NCBI GenBank assembly: GCA_951406725.2
Contig: OX597816.1
Coordinates: 171,740,001-171,804,000 of the forward strand
Reading direction: 5' to 3'
Length of the DNA: 64,000 nucleotides
Source of the DNA: Octopus vulgaris
Taxonomy: Eukaryota
Position numbers and translations under genes: made by a program. Positions 27,012 through 41,966 of this stretch are shown piece by piece. Each line of letters begins with the position of its first letter. The stretch's first letter is position 1. A model generated the notes under the pieces. That model was not told the origin of the DNA and searched no databases. It was given only the letters and a program-made list of their open reading frames with translations.

Positions 27012-27245
27012 TTTGTTTCTTTACTACCCCACAAGGGGCTAAACACAGAGAGGACAAACAAGGACAAACAAATGGATTAAGTCGATTATATCGACTCCAG
27101 TGCGTAACTGGTACTTAATTTATCGACCCCGAAAGGATGAAAGGCAAAGTCGACCTCGGCGGAATTTGAACTCAGACCGTAAGGGCAGACGAAATACGGC
27201 TACGCATTTCGCCCGGCGTGCTAACGTTTCTGCCAGCTCGCCGCC
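27012..27245 (-). mobile_element. SINE family A
   Basis: Family match. Confidence 0.9.
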
Positions 27246-27805
27246 CTCCAATATATATTGTTCTTTTAACACAGCTTGTCTATAACAGACGTTATATCAA
27301 AGCGAGTACCGAAGTAACTGGATGTTCAAAGTGCATGTACATTAAGTATGATACATATATGACTATTTTAATTTGATACTGTCTTTATTTTATACCGAAT
27401 TTATATTAAGATGGGCTGCTATTCACAACACCAGAGAATATTTTATTGACAATTTTCCAATATCTGAGGCGATGAATTCTCGTCCAAGCATCGTGGCTGC
27501 GAAAACGCGCTAATGAAAAGGCCTAAAAAGAGCGAAATGCACTTGGCTTTCTCGCTGGCCGCTGTGGGACGAATTTTCCTCTCCCTCCAGTATTTATTGT
27601 GATTTTATCACAACACGTCCATAAGAGATGTTATTTCAGGACATGTAACTGGCCTACCAACAGCGTATACACTTTGAGTGTAGTACACACACACATTGAC
27701 ACACAAGCGTGCGCACACACAGACACACATATGTGTATGTACATTTAAGTGTGTGTGTGAGGGGATTTGTTAATTATGTTACATAGATAGGTATACATAT
27801 AGGCG

Positions 27806-27868
<63 letters not shown>

Positions 27869-28496
27869 CTACATATATACACATATACTTACACACACAC
27901 CCATACATATATCTAAATACATACTAACACACATGTATGCATGCATACATACATACGCACGTATATGCATGTATAATTCATACATACAAACATACAAACA
28001 TAATACATACATACATACATACATACATACATACATACATACATGCATGCATGCATGCGTGTATGCATGGATGAATGCATGCATATATAATACATATTAA
28101 GTGAAGCACCCACAGAGCTTCTCCACTGCCTGATGAAAATGTATTTAGAGACGGAATATGGCAGTATCCTTAGCACATGTTAACCATGAGTATTAGTATA
28201 ATCAGAGGTGAATTAACAGAGCGTCACCCACAGTAAACAAAGAGTAGACACAACCATCTGGCACTACGGGTGCTTTGAATGTAGCCCATTCAGGTACGAG
28301 CATTTCAGCCAGGTCAACAGTTTAAGGAAACTGTTCTCCTTCCATCCCTCGTGGCTCGGAACCCGACTGTAGGGTCTGTAGCAGATTCGAAACCCAGTCA
28401 CTAGTAGCCGTGTAGACATAACGGCTTAGCCACAGTCGTTGCAAGTGATCGGCCGATTAAGTGACTAATCAGCGTCAAGCCGTCGCATCATTCGAC

Positions 28497-29113
28497 TTTC
28501 TAGATTCTGTAGATTTTTAGTCCACTCTAAATGCTTTGTAACGTTTGTTTTTGAAAGTAGTGGTTTTCTGATTGCAACCCTCTCGTGAAATCCGGCTTTT
28601 GTGCAGCTCCCGGCAAACAGTTTTTGTGGAATCTGGGTTCTTGAGATGGTCATTAAGCTCTGCAGCGATTTTGGGAGCTGTACTTTTGTGATCCTTTCTA
28701 ACAATTCACATAAGAGTCCGACAGTCCCTATCTAAAAGTTTTGGTTTTCTTTCGGAGTTTTGTTTCGACGAGGTTTTTCTCCCCTCTTTCTCAAAGGCTG
28801 TCATTACTTTCAAGACAGTACTTCTTGATACACCAAACATTTCGGCTGTTTTCGTTATGCAAGCGCCTGCCATACGAGCACCAACAATTTGACTTCTTTG
28901 AAATTCTGACAGATCTGTCATTTTAACGAATTTTAATTACCTTTTTCTGATGAGATCTGAGAAGAAACAGCAATTTTAGCAGAACATATTTAGCAACACT
29001 AATAATAAATAAAAAAAAAACATAAAAATAAACAAGCTTTTAACGGTTTTATAGATATTTCAAAATTACGATGCTATGATGCTAGGTGTTTCCATTATTT
29101 TGTCCAAACCCTG
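28497..29113 (-). mobile_element. Tc1-like transposon, 5' half with decayed transposase
   Basis: TA plus CAGGGTTTGGACAAAATAATGGAAACAC end; MTDLSEFQRSQIVGARMAG paired-like HTH and RVAIRKPLLS motif; stop and frameshift; catalytic domain absent. Confidence 0.85.
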
Positions 29114-29273
29114 TATGTCTAAGTATATCTTTGACACACACGCTCGCGCGCGCGGGCGTATGTGCGTGTCGGATAAATAATACACAAGCCTGCGTCAATG
29201 CAATTTACTCGATGTTAATGATAGTGATACCCGTGATCTGAGCTTGTGCGTAGAATAATCTTAATGTGTTTGT

Positions 29274-29335
<62 letters not shown>

Positions 29336-29432
29336 TCCCTCTCTCTCTCTCTGTGTATATATGTGTGTCTATGCACTGTCGTCTGCAAATCTCATAAGGC
29401 ATGCAACCAATAAATAACTTTGTATATCTAAA

Positions 29433-29826
29433 CTAGCAGTATCGCCCGGCGTTGCTCGGATTTGTAAGGGAAATAACTAAATAAGCATTTTTAGAGATGT
29501 AAAGTATAATAGCCATCTCAATATGGCTAACCACAAAGGCGGGGTGTTACTGTAGCTTTTTACGTTCTGAGATTTAATAATAAATTTTTAGAGAGTTACT
29601 TCCCTTATATATGCCAAAAATGCATTAAAAATGGGAAAAATTGATGGTAAATTTTTTTAAATTGTAGACTCATCGTAGACTCGCGCTAATACCCAGAAGG
29701 GCTCGATATGAATCACGACTATAAGATACCCGGTTTTGGTTAAACTGCACCACAAAATGTGGGAGTAGTTAGGAATCTAAATCGTAGGAGACAGACAGCA
29801 CACAACCTCACTTTTATATATAAAGA
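29433..29826 (-). mobile_element. Non-autonomous Helitron, copy 2
   Basis: Reverse-complement match to 11649-12041 with the same TC/CTAG ends and AT target. Confidence 0.88.
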
Positions 29827-31089
29827 TATTTCATGTCACTGTAAACGAACTATGTGACGGCTTTTGCAGTTAAAATACTCCATTAATAATCAGTATATCA
29901 AAACCGTTCATGTCACTCAAGTAGCTATTATATTCGACAATGGCTATCTATGATGATATATTCCAGCCTCAGTGTATGGCTAATATCAACTACTGTAGAA
30001 TGTCAAACTAAATTCCTCGCAGCGTTTAGTCAGCTACCCTTTACGTTCCGTGATAAAAAATACCCTTTGTTGAGGTGGAGGTGGAGACGGGACTTTTTGT
30101 TTTATCTACGTTGCTCCATAAACACCAATACTTCTGCCAAACATATCTGCTGACCTTGTGCTACAAATAAATGAATATATATGTAATAAATCAATATATC
30201 GGAGCAACATTTCACAGTCTCTTTTGCCGTGAGCTGTATTTAAAATTCTAAAAGATTTTTTTTTATACATATTAATTCAGTAACACATTTTCTCTTGAAA
30301 GATAAAAGTGGGAAAGCGAATTTGTTGTTACTGAATAAAAATAGGGTTGTTGAATAAACGGCCTTCTCAAAGACTTGTGCGTGTGAGAAAATTCATTAAA
30401 AAAATAGGGCTCCTTGGACGTAGAAAGTTCGTGAACTACTGACATTAGGGCTTCGGTTAATATTGTATTGTTTACAACAGATGACAAACTGTTGATATAT
30501 GAGATAATGCTTATTATGGGCAATTATACTAAGTGAACCATCTCCACTAGGAATTTTTAATCAATGAAATTTACACCCGTAATGGAAATAAAAACCATTA
30601 GCATTATTGGAAAATTCTTGCCAAAAGCAAGCAAGATCAATTTGAAATTTAAATTTGATTATAAACTGAATATAGTGACCAGGCAAGACAACTTTACAGT
30701 GGCAACTTTAAACATACTTCGGTCTTATTACACTTCTTCAGTGAAGTGTAGTTTTACTTGAGCTTACCAAATCTTAGACTGAGCCTACCCCCCAAAAAGA
30801 TACATTCACTGATTAAGCAATTTGAAATAATGAAATGAGTAAGTTTCACAGGAATACTGTGAACTAAAACTACTTTCATTGTTTAAAATTACGTCCATAA
30901 TGAAAAAAACAAAACAATCATTAGCGTTAATGATAATACTTGATAAAGACAAAGAGGACAACTCCAAAATTCCGTTTGATTAAAAATTGAACTTTGCTTC
31001 GTTACAGGAGAAATTTTTAATTGATTAAAATGTTTGTTGGCTCAATAAATAGTTTAGTCCCCATTTGACTTTATGCTGTAATACGCATG

Positions 31090-31870
31090 CGCCTAGACCA
31101 CCTTTTAACCTGTCGACAGAAAGTACAATTTGTTTCTTGACATCATAATACTTCATAGCTGGAGGGTTTGTCGTCCTTTCAGTTTATCACTTGAATTCAA
31201 AGTCATTTTTGGTAAGCTCATGTAATGGTGTTAAAACGTTAAATAAATTAAAGATAAATTTTGCAAAATACGTGACTATTCTAGGCACTTTTTGCATTTC
31301 TTGGGGGTTGTAACATCTCAACAACCGCATGCGCACGGTTTGGATTTGATTTAACACCATGGCGGGAGAGTACGTAACTCACAGAACTAAGCTCATTTTT
31401 GCCGATTCTGCTTTTGCAGGATTGAATTTAAGTCCTACCTTAACAATGCGGTTGAAGGTTTGTTTGCTATACTTTATGATGAAACTACACCACACTAGTA
31501 TGTCATCAACGATGGCTTTCACGCCATCAACTTCTTCAAGGATATCTTTCATTGTTTGTCGTGTTATATCTCTTGAGCTGTAGACGCAAGAAGCGAGAGC
31601 TGCCAAATAAATTATTCATTGTACACTGTTTTGAGCTCTCTTCCTCCAGCTCTATATATCAATGCATCTAGTTTGGTGAACTTGATAGAATTGCCTATTT
31701 ATGCAGCAACTTCCTCAGTTTTGAAAGCTGGGTGATGTTCATGCATAACTTTGTCGCGGTCAGTTAGATAAATGCAGATCCTTATCTTGTTGCATTTATT
31801 GTACTCTGACCATTGAGTTGACTCATTGTTGTTCCCAGATCGTGTAGCTTTCATCTAATTTCTTTTCAAA
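31090..31870 (-). pseudogene. Decayed Ty3/Gypsy reverse transcriptase fragment
   Basis: MKDILEEVDGVKAIVDDILVW (YxDD-equivalent motif), GLKFNPAK and an upstream FTKLDA motif; many stops and frameshifts; no LTRs seen. Confidence 0.75.
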
Positions 31871-32814
31871 GATCAGGGTTTTTTTTTTATGGCTTTAAAA
31901 CCCATTTTATTTAGACCAATTGTATGCTCTAAAATGTGTCCAGAGTATTTCATTTCAAACGGTTTGCACGTGGACTTTATGCAAGCACAAACGAAGTTCA
32001 GTAAAACAGATATAATTAAAGGAGAGAATAAAAACTCTTCTTTGTGTTTGTGCCATTTTTCTTTTGTGGCGACAGATTACCTTATTCTGACACCATACTA
32101 TGTCGTATTATAACGATATGGATAGCTAAACGAAATAAGAGGAGATTTTACATGTGGTTTATTGATTAGGCAGCTATTACTGGAAAACTAACTTGTACTG
32201 TATATTTTATTAAACTATGGCTGGTTAAATAAAAACAAGCGAATTAACAATACCATAGCAGACCAGTGTCTTATCTGAGACCATTTGAAGACATACCAAC
32301 CAGCACGAAAGCGTTTCCATGGCTCTTTCACCTGTTGAAAATGCCAGCCAAATATCACTGAAATAATCTCACCCTATTGTTTTAAGATAGATAAATATTA
32401 GCAGATAACCGAATCGTGGATGTTCCAGGGAAGAAGCTGGGATAGTCTCCGCTGGATATTTATTTGACGCTCAATTGAATATCACGGAAGTGAGGTCGCT
32501 AGTGTAGGTGATCTTTTGCCACTGTATGGCAAACTGCTTGCAAATGTTCGCAATGGTATTTGCAACAATCAATGTTTTTCTTAAATAAACAACAAAATTA
32601 GATAAACAAATGAAAAAAAATTGTCTCTTTATTTGTTTTCTTCACAGTCATTTAAGAGCTGCTACTGCTGCTACTACTACTACTACAACTACTACTACTA
32701 CTTCTTCTTCTTCTTCTACACACACACATACACATACGCACATTCTATTATCAGTTTTAGCCAGAGGCTGTAACCATGCTGGGACACCGCTATGTTCATA
32801 TTGTTCATATATAT

Positions 32815-33307
<493 letters not shown>

Positions 33308-34529
33308 GATGAAATTAAAATCAGGAGAATAGAGGTTTGCACATCCAAGTTTTATTTTACAGTTAATCACATCGAAGGAAGATGTGATTAACTGTAAAAT
33401 AAAACTTGGATGTGTAAATCTCTGTTCTGATTTTAATTCCATTATTGTCTCTACGGACACCATGCAGTCCTCAGAAGGACATTTGGATTTACCAAGTCAT
33501 GATTAACCGAGTATAGTAAATTTTAACAAACTGGAGTTTATCTACATTCACTGTGGGTTAGCCAGCATTGACAACCGATAGGAACGAACACTGTATCCGC
33601 TAGGATTATATATTCCTCTTAATCATTTTGGAAATTTACTTTTGGAAATAACACTCGTATTATATATATATACTAAATGAGAGAGAGAGGGGGGAGAGGA
33701 TGGGGTACGGCTATGATTTGATGTGATACACTTTACTAGAATTTCTAAATCCTTGTTATATTAACTGTGTAAATGAAACACTGACAGGCTAAGTTACGAT
33801 CTAATGAAATCAAAACCAAATGTCGATATTCTGAATGCATTTAATATCCGCGTATCGGGTAGTTATGTAAGAAATTTCTTAAACAAACCGTTCCCAGTCA
33901 CAACATTCCAAAATATTTTGAAATTGTCATCATTAAGGAAAATGTTATGTAAGAAATTAATACCATCAATATCACTGGTCTACCAAAGCTTGCGAAGGCC
34001 ATCGGTAATATTCCTTCCTCCTGACCCAGTATTTAAAAAAAAATGCGGACTGTCATTAGTTTCCACGAACTCTGAATATTTCTTCTAAGAAATGAATGTC
34101 ATTGGTGTAGTTAATGACTGGATAGTAATCCAACATGTTACGAGCTATGAGACACGATGTTTTTCTGAGGGCAGTAAAGGTAAGTGATATACAAAATATA
34201 CTAGGATTAAATGCGTTACAAATACGTCTTCTTAGTTTTGTTATTGATAAGATTTTGGAAAAGGTTATATTTAATTTTCTCTCAACATAATTTTGGTTCA
34301 CAATTATGGAGAGAAGGTTCTCTGTAGACAGTTGAGATAGGAAAACGTTGGAGAAAATATATTACAAAATAGTTTTCTGCCATTTTAAGCTTGAATCCCT
34401 TCTATTTTATTAATCATTCCCTTTCTCTCTCTCTCTCTTTTTTTTTCCTTTTCAGTCAGTACCAGTAATATAAACGTAAGTACTGTCTCGAAGTCTAGGA
34501 CTCACAGGGCTACTTACCTGATTTCTGTG

Positions 34530-34715
34530 GCGTACAAATGAGCGAGATCGCAACATTACCCACGAACGGGTCACCAGTCCGTCGCGGGATTACTTACTTA
34601 CATCTGAAATGAAATGTTTTGCTCAAGATCTCAATACACCGCTCGGTCCAGGAATCGAAACCACGGTCTTGCGATCATAGTGCAACACCCTAGCCACTTA
34701 GACACGACCCTTCAC
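34530..34715 (-). mobile_element. Degenerate SINE head D plus tail Y
   Basis: Diverged reverse-complement match to 40137-40398. Confidence 0.6.
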
Positions 34716-35001
34716 ACACCAGGAATACATGATAATTGAAAGAATCATCAATAATATTATCACTTAAAATTTATTTGACGCTTAGCCTAGAGATCTTCCA
34801 CATTCAATGCGTAAGCATCGTTGAGATTGCTTGATGCTATGTTAATGCTACGAGAGAGAAAAAGGAATTTGACCCACTGAGTTCAGTAACACTATGGAAT
34901 AGTAAGTAACAGAATAATTAGTTATGGGTAAGTATACGATATCAGTTAATTAATAAGTAAAAGATTAACTAGGTAAATAATATATACATATTATTTACTT
35001 A

Positions 35002-35166
35002 GGCGCAGGAGTGGCTGTGTGGTAAGTAGCTTGCTTACCAACCACATGGTTCCGGGTTCAGTCCCACTGCGTGGCACCTTGGGCAAGTGTCTTCTGCTAT
35101 AGCCTCGGGCCGACCAATGCCTTGTGAGTGGATTTGGTAGACAGAAACTGAAAGAAGCCCATCGTA

Positions 35167-35208
<42 letters not shown>

Positions 35209-35427
35209 TGTGTATTTGTGTGTCTGTGTTTGTCCCCCTAGCATTGCTTGACAACCGATGCTGGTGTGTTTACGTCCCCGTTACTTAGCGGTTCGGCAAA
35301 AAAAAGAGACCGATAGAATAGGTACTGGGATTACAAAGAATAAGTCCCGGGGTCGATTTGCTCGACTAAAGGCGGTGCTCCAGCATGGCCGCAGTCAAAG
35401 GACTGAAACAAGTAAAAGAGTAAAAGA

Positions 35428-35428
<1 letters not shown>
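35002..35428 (+). mobile_element. SINE family B, full length
   Basis: Family match across both halves. Confidence 0.92.
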
Positions 35429-35466
<38 letters not shown>

Positions 35467-35497
35467 AGAGAGAGAGAGAGGGGAGAGAGAGAGAGGG

Positions 35498-35550
<53 letters not shown>

Positions 35551-35957
35551 TGTATATATGGAGAGGGAGAGAGAAGGAGAGGAGCAGGGAAGACGGAGAG
35601 AGGGAGAAGAGAGAGAGAGAGAGGGGAAGCAAAAAGAAGGAAAGAGAGTGAGAGTGTCACATAGTGTTATACGATAACAAATGCAAACAAAAATATATTG
35701 TGCTTAACTGCACATTCCGCAGTGCTGCAACATAATAGTTTTATGTTTCGGAATCCAAGAATTCGAGCAATTAAACTTTATATACATGAAGATTATCCTA
35801 AAGTCAATTTAACTTTTATTTACAATCCAAGCCAATGGTCCAGTGTTGTACAATGCAACAGTTTAAGACGTGTGTGTGTGTGTGTGTGTGTGTATGTGCA
35901 CGTATGAATTGTTATTGTGTACCTGGAGAATTTCCAAATTATTTCCTTATGTAACAG

Positions 35958-36368
35958 GCGCAGGAGTGGCTGTGTGGTATGTAGCTTGGTATGGTCCCGG
36001 GTTCAGTCCCACTGCGTGGCATCTTGGGCAAGTGTCTTCTGCTATAGCCCCGGGCCGACCAATGTCTTGTGAGTGGATTTGGTTGACGGAAACTGAAAGA
36101 AGCCTGTCGTATATATGTATGTATATATATATATATATGTGTGTGTATGTTTGTATGTCTGTGTTTGTCCCCTAGCATTGCTTGACAACCGATGCTGGTG
36201 TGTTTACGTCCCCGTAACTTAGCGGTTCGGCAAAGAGACCGATAGAATAAGTACTGGGCTTACAAAGAATAAGTCCCGGGGTCGATTTGCTCGACTAAAG
36301 GCGGTGCTCCAGCATGGCCGCAGTAAAATGACTGAAACAAGTAAAAGAAAAAGAAAGAAAAAGAAAGA
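35958..36368 (+). mobile_element. SINE family B
   Basis: Family match with a small head deletion. Confidence 0.9.
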
Positions 36369-36426
36369 ACGGAAAATGTACGAGACATACCTTATAACAT
36401 ATTATTACATATTATAATACTTATTA

Positions 36427-37150
36427 CATTTTGTGTAATTTCTGTATAATTTGTATTTTTCGAGGATTTTCTTTTTGAAGCTGAATGCCGTAACACGCTG
36501 TTTCAGATATGAAATACTTAAGTAGTTTATTTGCTTTCCTCTTTTCTCTAGGTTTGGTTGACAATAACGAGGGCAAGAACTTCAAATAAACTGCCATAGT
36601 ATTAAATATGGAAAGCTAATAATTTGGAATTATTAATATAACAACGAGTGTACTGTTATATGGAATAGGGAGATATCTGTACAGGCTGGTGCTTTAAATA
36701 AAAGAGATTATAAAGATCAGTAATCTTTGATTGTGGATGCAAACCGACATACGAAATAGTGAAGGTATGATTACTTTTGCTAATTAGTTAAATTGAGTTC
36801 TATTCAATCAAGCGATAGCTTATAATCTTACTGTTTTAATAGATACCTTTTTAAGAGGCGACATTTGGCGATCACTGATCCTGACATTTGTATAGTGTGC
36901 GAATTTCTTAAGATTTTGTATGAGGTTCTTTTCAGCTAAACATAAACTGCAACATTTTGTGTAATTTCTGTATAATTTGTATTTTTCGAGGATTTTCTTT
37001 TTGATGCTGAATGCCATAACACGTTGTTTCAGATACGAAATACTTGGGTAGTTTATTTGCTTTCCTCTTTTCTATATTTCTGAAAGAAGAATTATAGTGG
37101 AAGTATTGTTCTTTAAACTTACCTTCCACCTTAATGTTTGCGCATGATGC
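36427..37150 (-). mobile_element. Decayed PLE GIY-YIG C-terminal region with ~125-bp direct duplication
   Basis: EGKFKEQYFHYNSSFRN and FSIKKKILEKYKLYRNYTKCCSLCLAEK resemble PLE endonuclease C-termini; ~36427-36550 duplicates ~36952-37075. Confidence 0.65.
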
Positions 37151-37569
37151 TTAGATTTTGCTTGGTAGAAGTGACTTCTTCGTCTTCAGCGATAATTGTT
37201 TCAGGATTGCTTGATTAAGAGGGCGAGTATTTGTATTTCTGCTCACAACTTTGTAGGTTTGCTTCTGGTGTCTCTGTGTATGTGCATGTCTATGTGCGCA
37301 TATAAGTAAATGTGTACGTGTGTGTGAATGTGTGCACATGTGTGTGTGTATGTGTGTGAGAGAGATAGATACATACATATGTATATATGTTTATATATAC
37401 GCATAGACACAGACACACGCGCACACACACACACACAGATATGGCTGCTTTGCTCAGCTGGTTAATGAAGATGATGATGGTGATGAGGAAAATGACAGTG
37501 ATGGAGGTGATGGTGGTGGTGGTGATGGTGATGATGATGGTGATGATGCGGAGGTGGAAGAAAGAAGGA

Positions 37570-37877
<308 letters not shown>

Positions 37878-38300
37878 ATGCCGCCAATATCACCTCTGCT
37901 ACCGAAGCCAGCTTTGTTCCAACGCTCTCTATAAGTGAAGCATCACTTAAGGCGAAAGTTGTCATGGACGGACCCATTTGACATTGCAAACATTTGCGCT
38001 TCCCCGACCAAACAATCCACAGTAAGAACCAACCTTTCCACTAGAACCTTCGAGAAGGCCAGAGAATCCGATCGTCGCTTTGGATTAATGTTTCTTGACT
38101 CGCCTCTCTAAGAGTCTCTTAATTATTATCCTCTTGAAAAAATCAATCCTTCATTGAATGGAAATTTCTAAAGACTTCCATACGCGTCTGATAACATCTT
38201 GACAAATCTATCTTCGAGAGTTTTGAGAATAAATTCTTTAAATACCTTTTCTTTTCTTTTTTTCGTTGTTGTCTTTCATGTATGTAGATATTGTATTTCA

Positions 38301-38624
38301 AGTGAGGGCGCGTGGCTTAGTGGTTAGGGCATTCGGCTCATGATCGTAAGGTTGTGAGTTCGATTCCCGGCGACGCGTTGTGTCCCTGAGCAAGACACTT
38401 TATTTCACGTTGCTCCAGTCCACTCAGCTGGCAAAAATGAGTTGTACTTGTATTTCAAAGGGTCAGCCTTGTCACTCTCTGTGTCACGCTGATTTTCCCC
38501 GAGAACTACGTTAAGGGTACACGTGTCTGTGGAATGCTCAGCCATTTGCACGTTAATTTCACGAGCAAGCTGTTCCGTTGATCGTATCAGCTGGGACCCT
38601 CGTCGTCGTAACCGGCGGAGTCTT
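38301..38624 (+). mobile_element. SINE head D (CORE-like) plus tail Z
   Basis: A/B boxes TGGCTTAGTGG and GTTCGATTCC; TGTCCCTGAGCAAGACACTT core; 12-bp TSD TATTGTATTTCA at 38289-38300 and 38625-38636. Confidence 0.92.
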
Positions 38625-39111
38625 TATTGTATTTCACCAACTCAATATCATTTTTGTTTACAACAGTCAAGTTGATAGAGTTTGTTTCTTGTGAATTTGA
38701 TTAATTTTGTTGTTCTTCTTGATTTTTAACTATGAGTGTGTGTTTTTTTTTTTGTTGTTGTATTAATGGTGGTCTGGTTGCAATTTTGACTGCCATGTGG
38801 GATGCTGTTTCTGTTGTTCTTGATTAGTATCGATGGATTACCGATTTTTGTGCTTCCCCTACTTTTCTATTTTTTCATCATTTCTGGTGAGACAAGAACG
38901 TTTTCTTTTCCTTCCCATGGCCCCACTGAAGATCGTTTGTCATGTTTCGGCTTGCTCCTCGTCCTTTGCCGAGAAATCGGAAAGAAATATGGTAAAGGTT
39001 GATTACTGTGCGTCACTTGTGTCGGTGTTAAAGTAGGTATTTTTGTTGGTACTGGTTTGGAAAGTTGAGCGCTACTGCTTTCACTTCTTTCTGTGAGGCT
39101 ACTTCTTTCAA

Positions 39112-39440
39112 GTGAAGGCTCATGGCTCAGTGTTTAGAGCGTCGAGCTTACGATCGTGAGGTTGTGAGTTCGATTCCCGGACCGGGCTGCGTGTTGTGTT
39201 CTTGAGCAAGACACTTTATTTCACGTTGCTTCAGTTCTCTCAGCTGTAGAAATGAGTTGCGACTCCACTGGTGCCAAACAGTATTGACCTTTGCCTTTCC
39301 CTTGGATAACATCAATGGTGTGGAGAAGGGAGGCTGGTATGCATGGGCGACTGCTGGCCTTCCATAAACAACCTTGCCTAGACTTGTACCTCGGAGGGTA
39401 ACTTTCTAGGTGCAATCCCATGGTCATTCATGGGATCTCC
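39112..39440 (+). mobile_element. SINE head D plus tail W
   Basis: Same head and core as 38301, unrelated sequence after AAATGAGTTG. Confidence 0.82.
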
Positions 39441-39479
39441 CACTTCTTTGAAAGATGGTGGTAGTAAACTTCTTCGCTG

Positions 39480-39990
39480 TCTTGGCAATGCTTTAGGTCT
39501 CATCTGCTGTTGCTGTTCTGATTGTCGTTGCAGTTGATGTTGATGTGGTTAATGTGTTGGTAGCTAAGGGGATTTCTATATCCGACGACAGAAAGCTTTC
39601 TGAAGGTTGGTGCTACTGCATAAGTAACATCTAATTTTCCTGCTTTGTTGATTCCTCACTCTCCATAGTTTCAGGTGTAACCAGCATCTCCGCTTTTAAT
39701 TTGATTATAGCCCAGTTCTCCTGGAGGAAGGATCTTATTGTGATTATTTAATACTTCAATTGAAGTAGCATGTTTGAAAATGACGCCTTATTAACGTGTT
39801 TCATCAGATAGGTTAGTATTAATAAATATTTATTTGAAGAGCACGAATTTGTTGCTATTTTCTTAGCTTCTCCTTTAATAAGGCACAGAGGCACCATCGA
39901 CCCAAACACCCTTCCTCTCCTTATATGCAGAATGTCCATTATTTTTCCATTTCTTAAAGACATCTGTTCATTCGGTCCTAATTTTTCTTT
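39480..39990 (-). pseudogene. Possible decayed LINE ORF1 with zinc-knuckle relic
   Basis: Minus strand near 39585-39640 reads RKIRCYLCSSTNLQKAFC (CX2CX4[H>L]X4C spacing); the remainder is fragmented. Confidence 0.35.
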
Positions 39991-40136
39991 TCTCTTCTAT
40001 AGTTGTATAACTAGAAAATTTGGTTTTACCAAAAAGTGTCTATTTTCTTTATTGAAATCACTGTCGAAATTATGTTATCCCTATTATTGCTGTGTAACAT
40101 TTGCAAATGATTTCGCTTTCATATAGTTGATAATTG

Positions 40137-40398
40137 TAGAGGCGCGTGGCTTTGTGGTTAGGGTGTCAGCACCATGATCGTAAGATTGTGGTTTCGATTC
40201 CTGGACCGGGCGACACGTTGTGTTCTTGAGCAAAACACTTCATTTCACGTTGCTCTAGTCCACTCAGCTGGCAAAAAAGAGTAACACTGTGATGGACTGG
40301 CGTCCCGTCCAGCTGGGGGGAACACATACGCCACAGAAACCGGGAAACCGGGCCCATGAGCCTGGCAAGGCTTTAAAAGGGCGCATTTATTATTTATT
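40137..40398 (+). mobile_element. SINE head D plus tail Y
   Basis: Head as 38301, tail as 15987; 15-bp TSD TATAG(T/C)TGATAATTG with one mismatch. Confidence 0.9.
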
Positions 40399-40490
40399 TA
40401 TAGCTGATAATTGAAGTGTTGTTGTTGTTGTTGTTGTTGCTGTTGTGAATCATATTGGTGCTGCTGTCCTTGTGTTATTGTAGTTTTCTA

Positions 40491-40527
<37 letters not shown>

Positions 40528-40854
40528 ATTATCACCGCTGGTGTTGTTATTGTTGTGATAGGTCTGTAGTTCTCAATGCTCTTGTTGCTACTGCTGCTGC
40601 TGTTGTTGTTGTTGGAGCCACCACCACCACCACCACCACCACCACCCACCACCACCACCACCACCACCACCACCAGCACCATCACCACCACCACCACCAC
40701 CATCTTCATCATTATCAGCCCCCACCATCGCCGCCACTAATATCCCGACGGCCACAACGAAAACATTGCACAAGGGAAAGTGAAGGCATATGAAATGGTG
40801 GAAGGAAAACTGGAACATCTGACTGTAGAAGTAAAACAAAATAAAAGCGGGAAG

Positions 40855-40880
40855 GGGTTAGGGTTAGGGTTAGGGTTAGG
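40855..40880 (+). repeat. Short interstitial (TTAGGG)n tract, about 4 units
   Basis: GGGTTAGGGTTAGGGTTAGGGTTAGG seen directly. Confidence 0.8.
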
Positions 40881-41289
40881 CTTTAAGACTTTAACATTAT
40901 GGAGAAGCTAGAATGTAAACTCAGATGGAAGGGGTGAATAGCAGAAATATTTAGGTTTCGCGTTGTAATGGGACATATCAGATGTAACATTGTATAAAAA
41001 CGAATTTTGGGGCGACGGCGGAGGCGTCGGACACTGCGGTGACGATGACCAGATGACAACGACGATGACGACAATGATACTGATGCTGATGGTGTAGCTA
41101 TGGTTACGTATCAGTCATTCTCCGTGAACTTGAGAATGTTAAAGATTTTTTTTTTATTGGCCCCAATGTAATAAATTTTGTAGAAGCAGAACTTGAGATC
41201 AAATAAACGCCTCGAAGAATTGAAAGAATTCATTTTCGTCACTCGACGTCCAGAGTTTAATCCAACCGAAGACGACGTTTATTGTGTTG

Positions 41290-41290
<1 letters not shown>

Positions 41291-41352
<62 letters not shown>

Positions 41353-41462
41353 CGTGTGCGTGAGTGTATGTATGCTGTATGTATAGATGTACGTATGTAA
41401 TGTATGTATGTATGTATGTATGTATGTATGTATGTATGTATGTATGTATGTATGTATGTATG

Positions 41463-41493
<31 letters not shown>

Positions 41494-41672
41494 TGTATGT
41501 ATGTATGTATGTATGTAATGTATGTATGTATGTATGTATGTATGTATGTATGTATGTATGTATGTATGTATGTATGTATGTATGTATGTATGTATGTATG
41601 TATGTATGTATGTATGTATGTATGTATGTATGTATGTATGTATGTATGTATGTATGTATGTATGTATGTATG

Positions 41673-41703
<31 letters not shown>

Positions 41704-41935
41704 TGTATGTATGTATGTATGTATGTATGTATGTATGTATGTATGTATGTATGTATGTATGTATGTATGTATGTATGTATGTATGTATGTATGTATGTAT
41801 GTATGTATGTATGTATGTATGTATGTATGTATGTATGTATGTATGTATGTATGTATGTATGTATGTATGTATGTATGTATGTATGTATGTATGTATGTAT
41901 GTATGTATGTATGTGTGTGTATGTATGTATGTATG

Positions 41936-41966
<31 letters not shown>

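Noticed and set aside
27100-27285. Recurrent short ORF RNWYLIYRPRKDERQSRPRRNLNS (also 47555, 61009)
   Set aside because: Antisense reading of SINE family A; recurrence reflects repeat copy number, not a protein family.
28360-28405. Hammerhead-like hairpin followed by GAAACCCAGTC
   Set aside because: The CUGANGA core has two mismatches and stems I and II do not close properly. The surrounding GC-richer segment (28210-28495) remains unidentified.
33800-34300. Possible decayed PLE RT fragment on the minus strand
   Set aside because: Only vague resemblance; no diagnostic motif I could confirm by eye.
38301-38370. tRNA genes at SINE heads (also 15987, 39112, 40137)
   Set aside because: A/B boxes are present, but I could not fold a full cloverleaf and each runs directly into a repeat body.
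40855-40880. Chromosome fusion or telomere remnant
   Set aside because: Only about four units, and MITEs in this window carry similar motifs.
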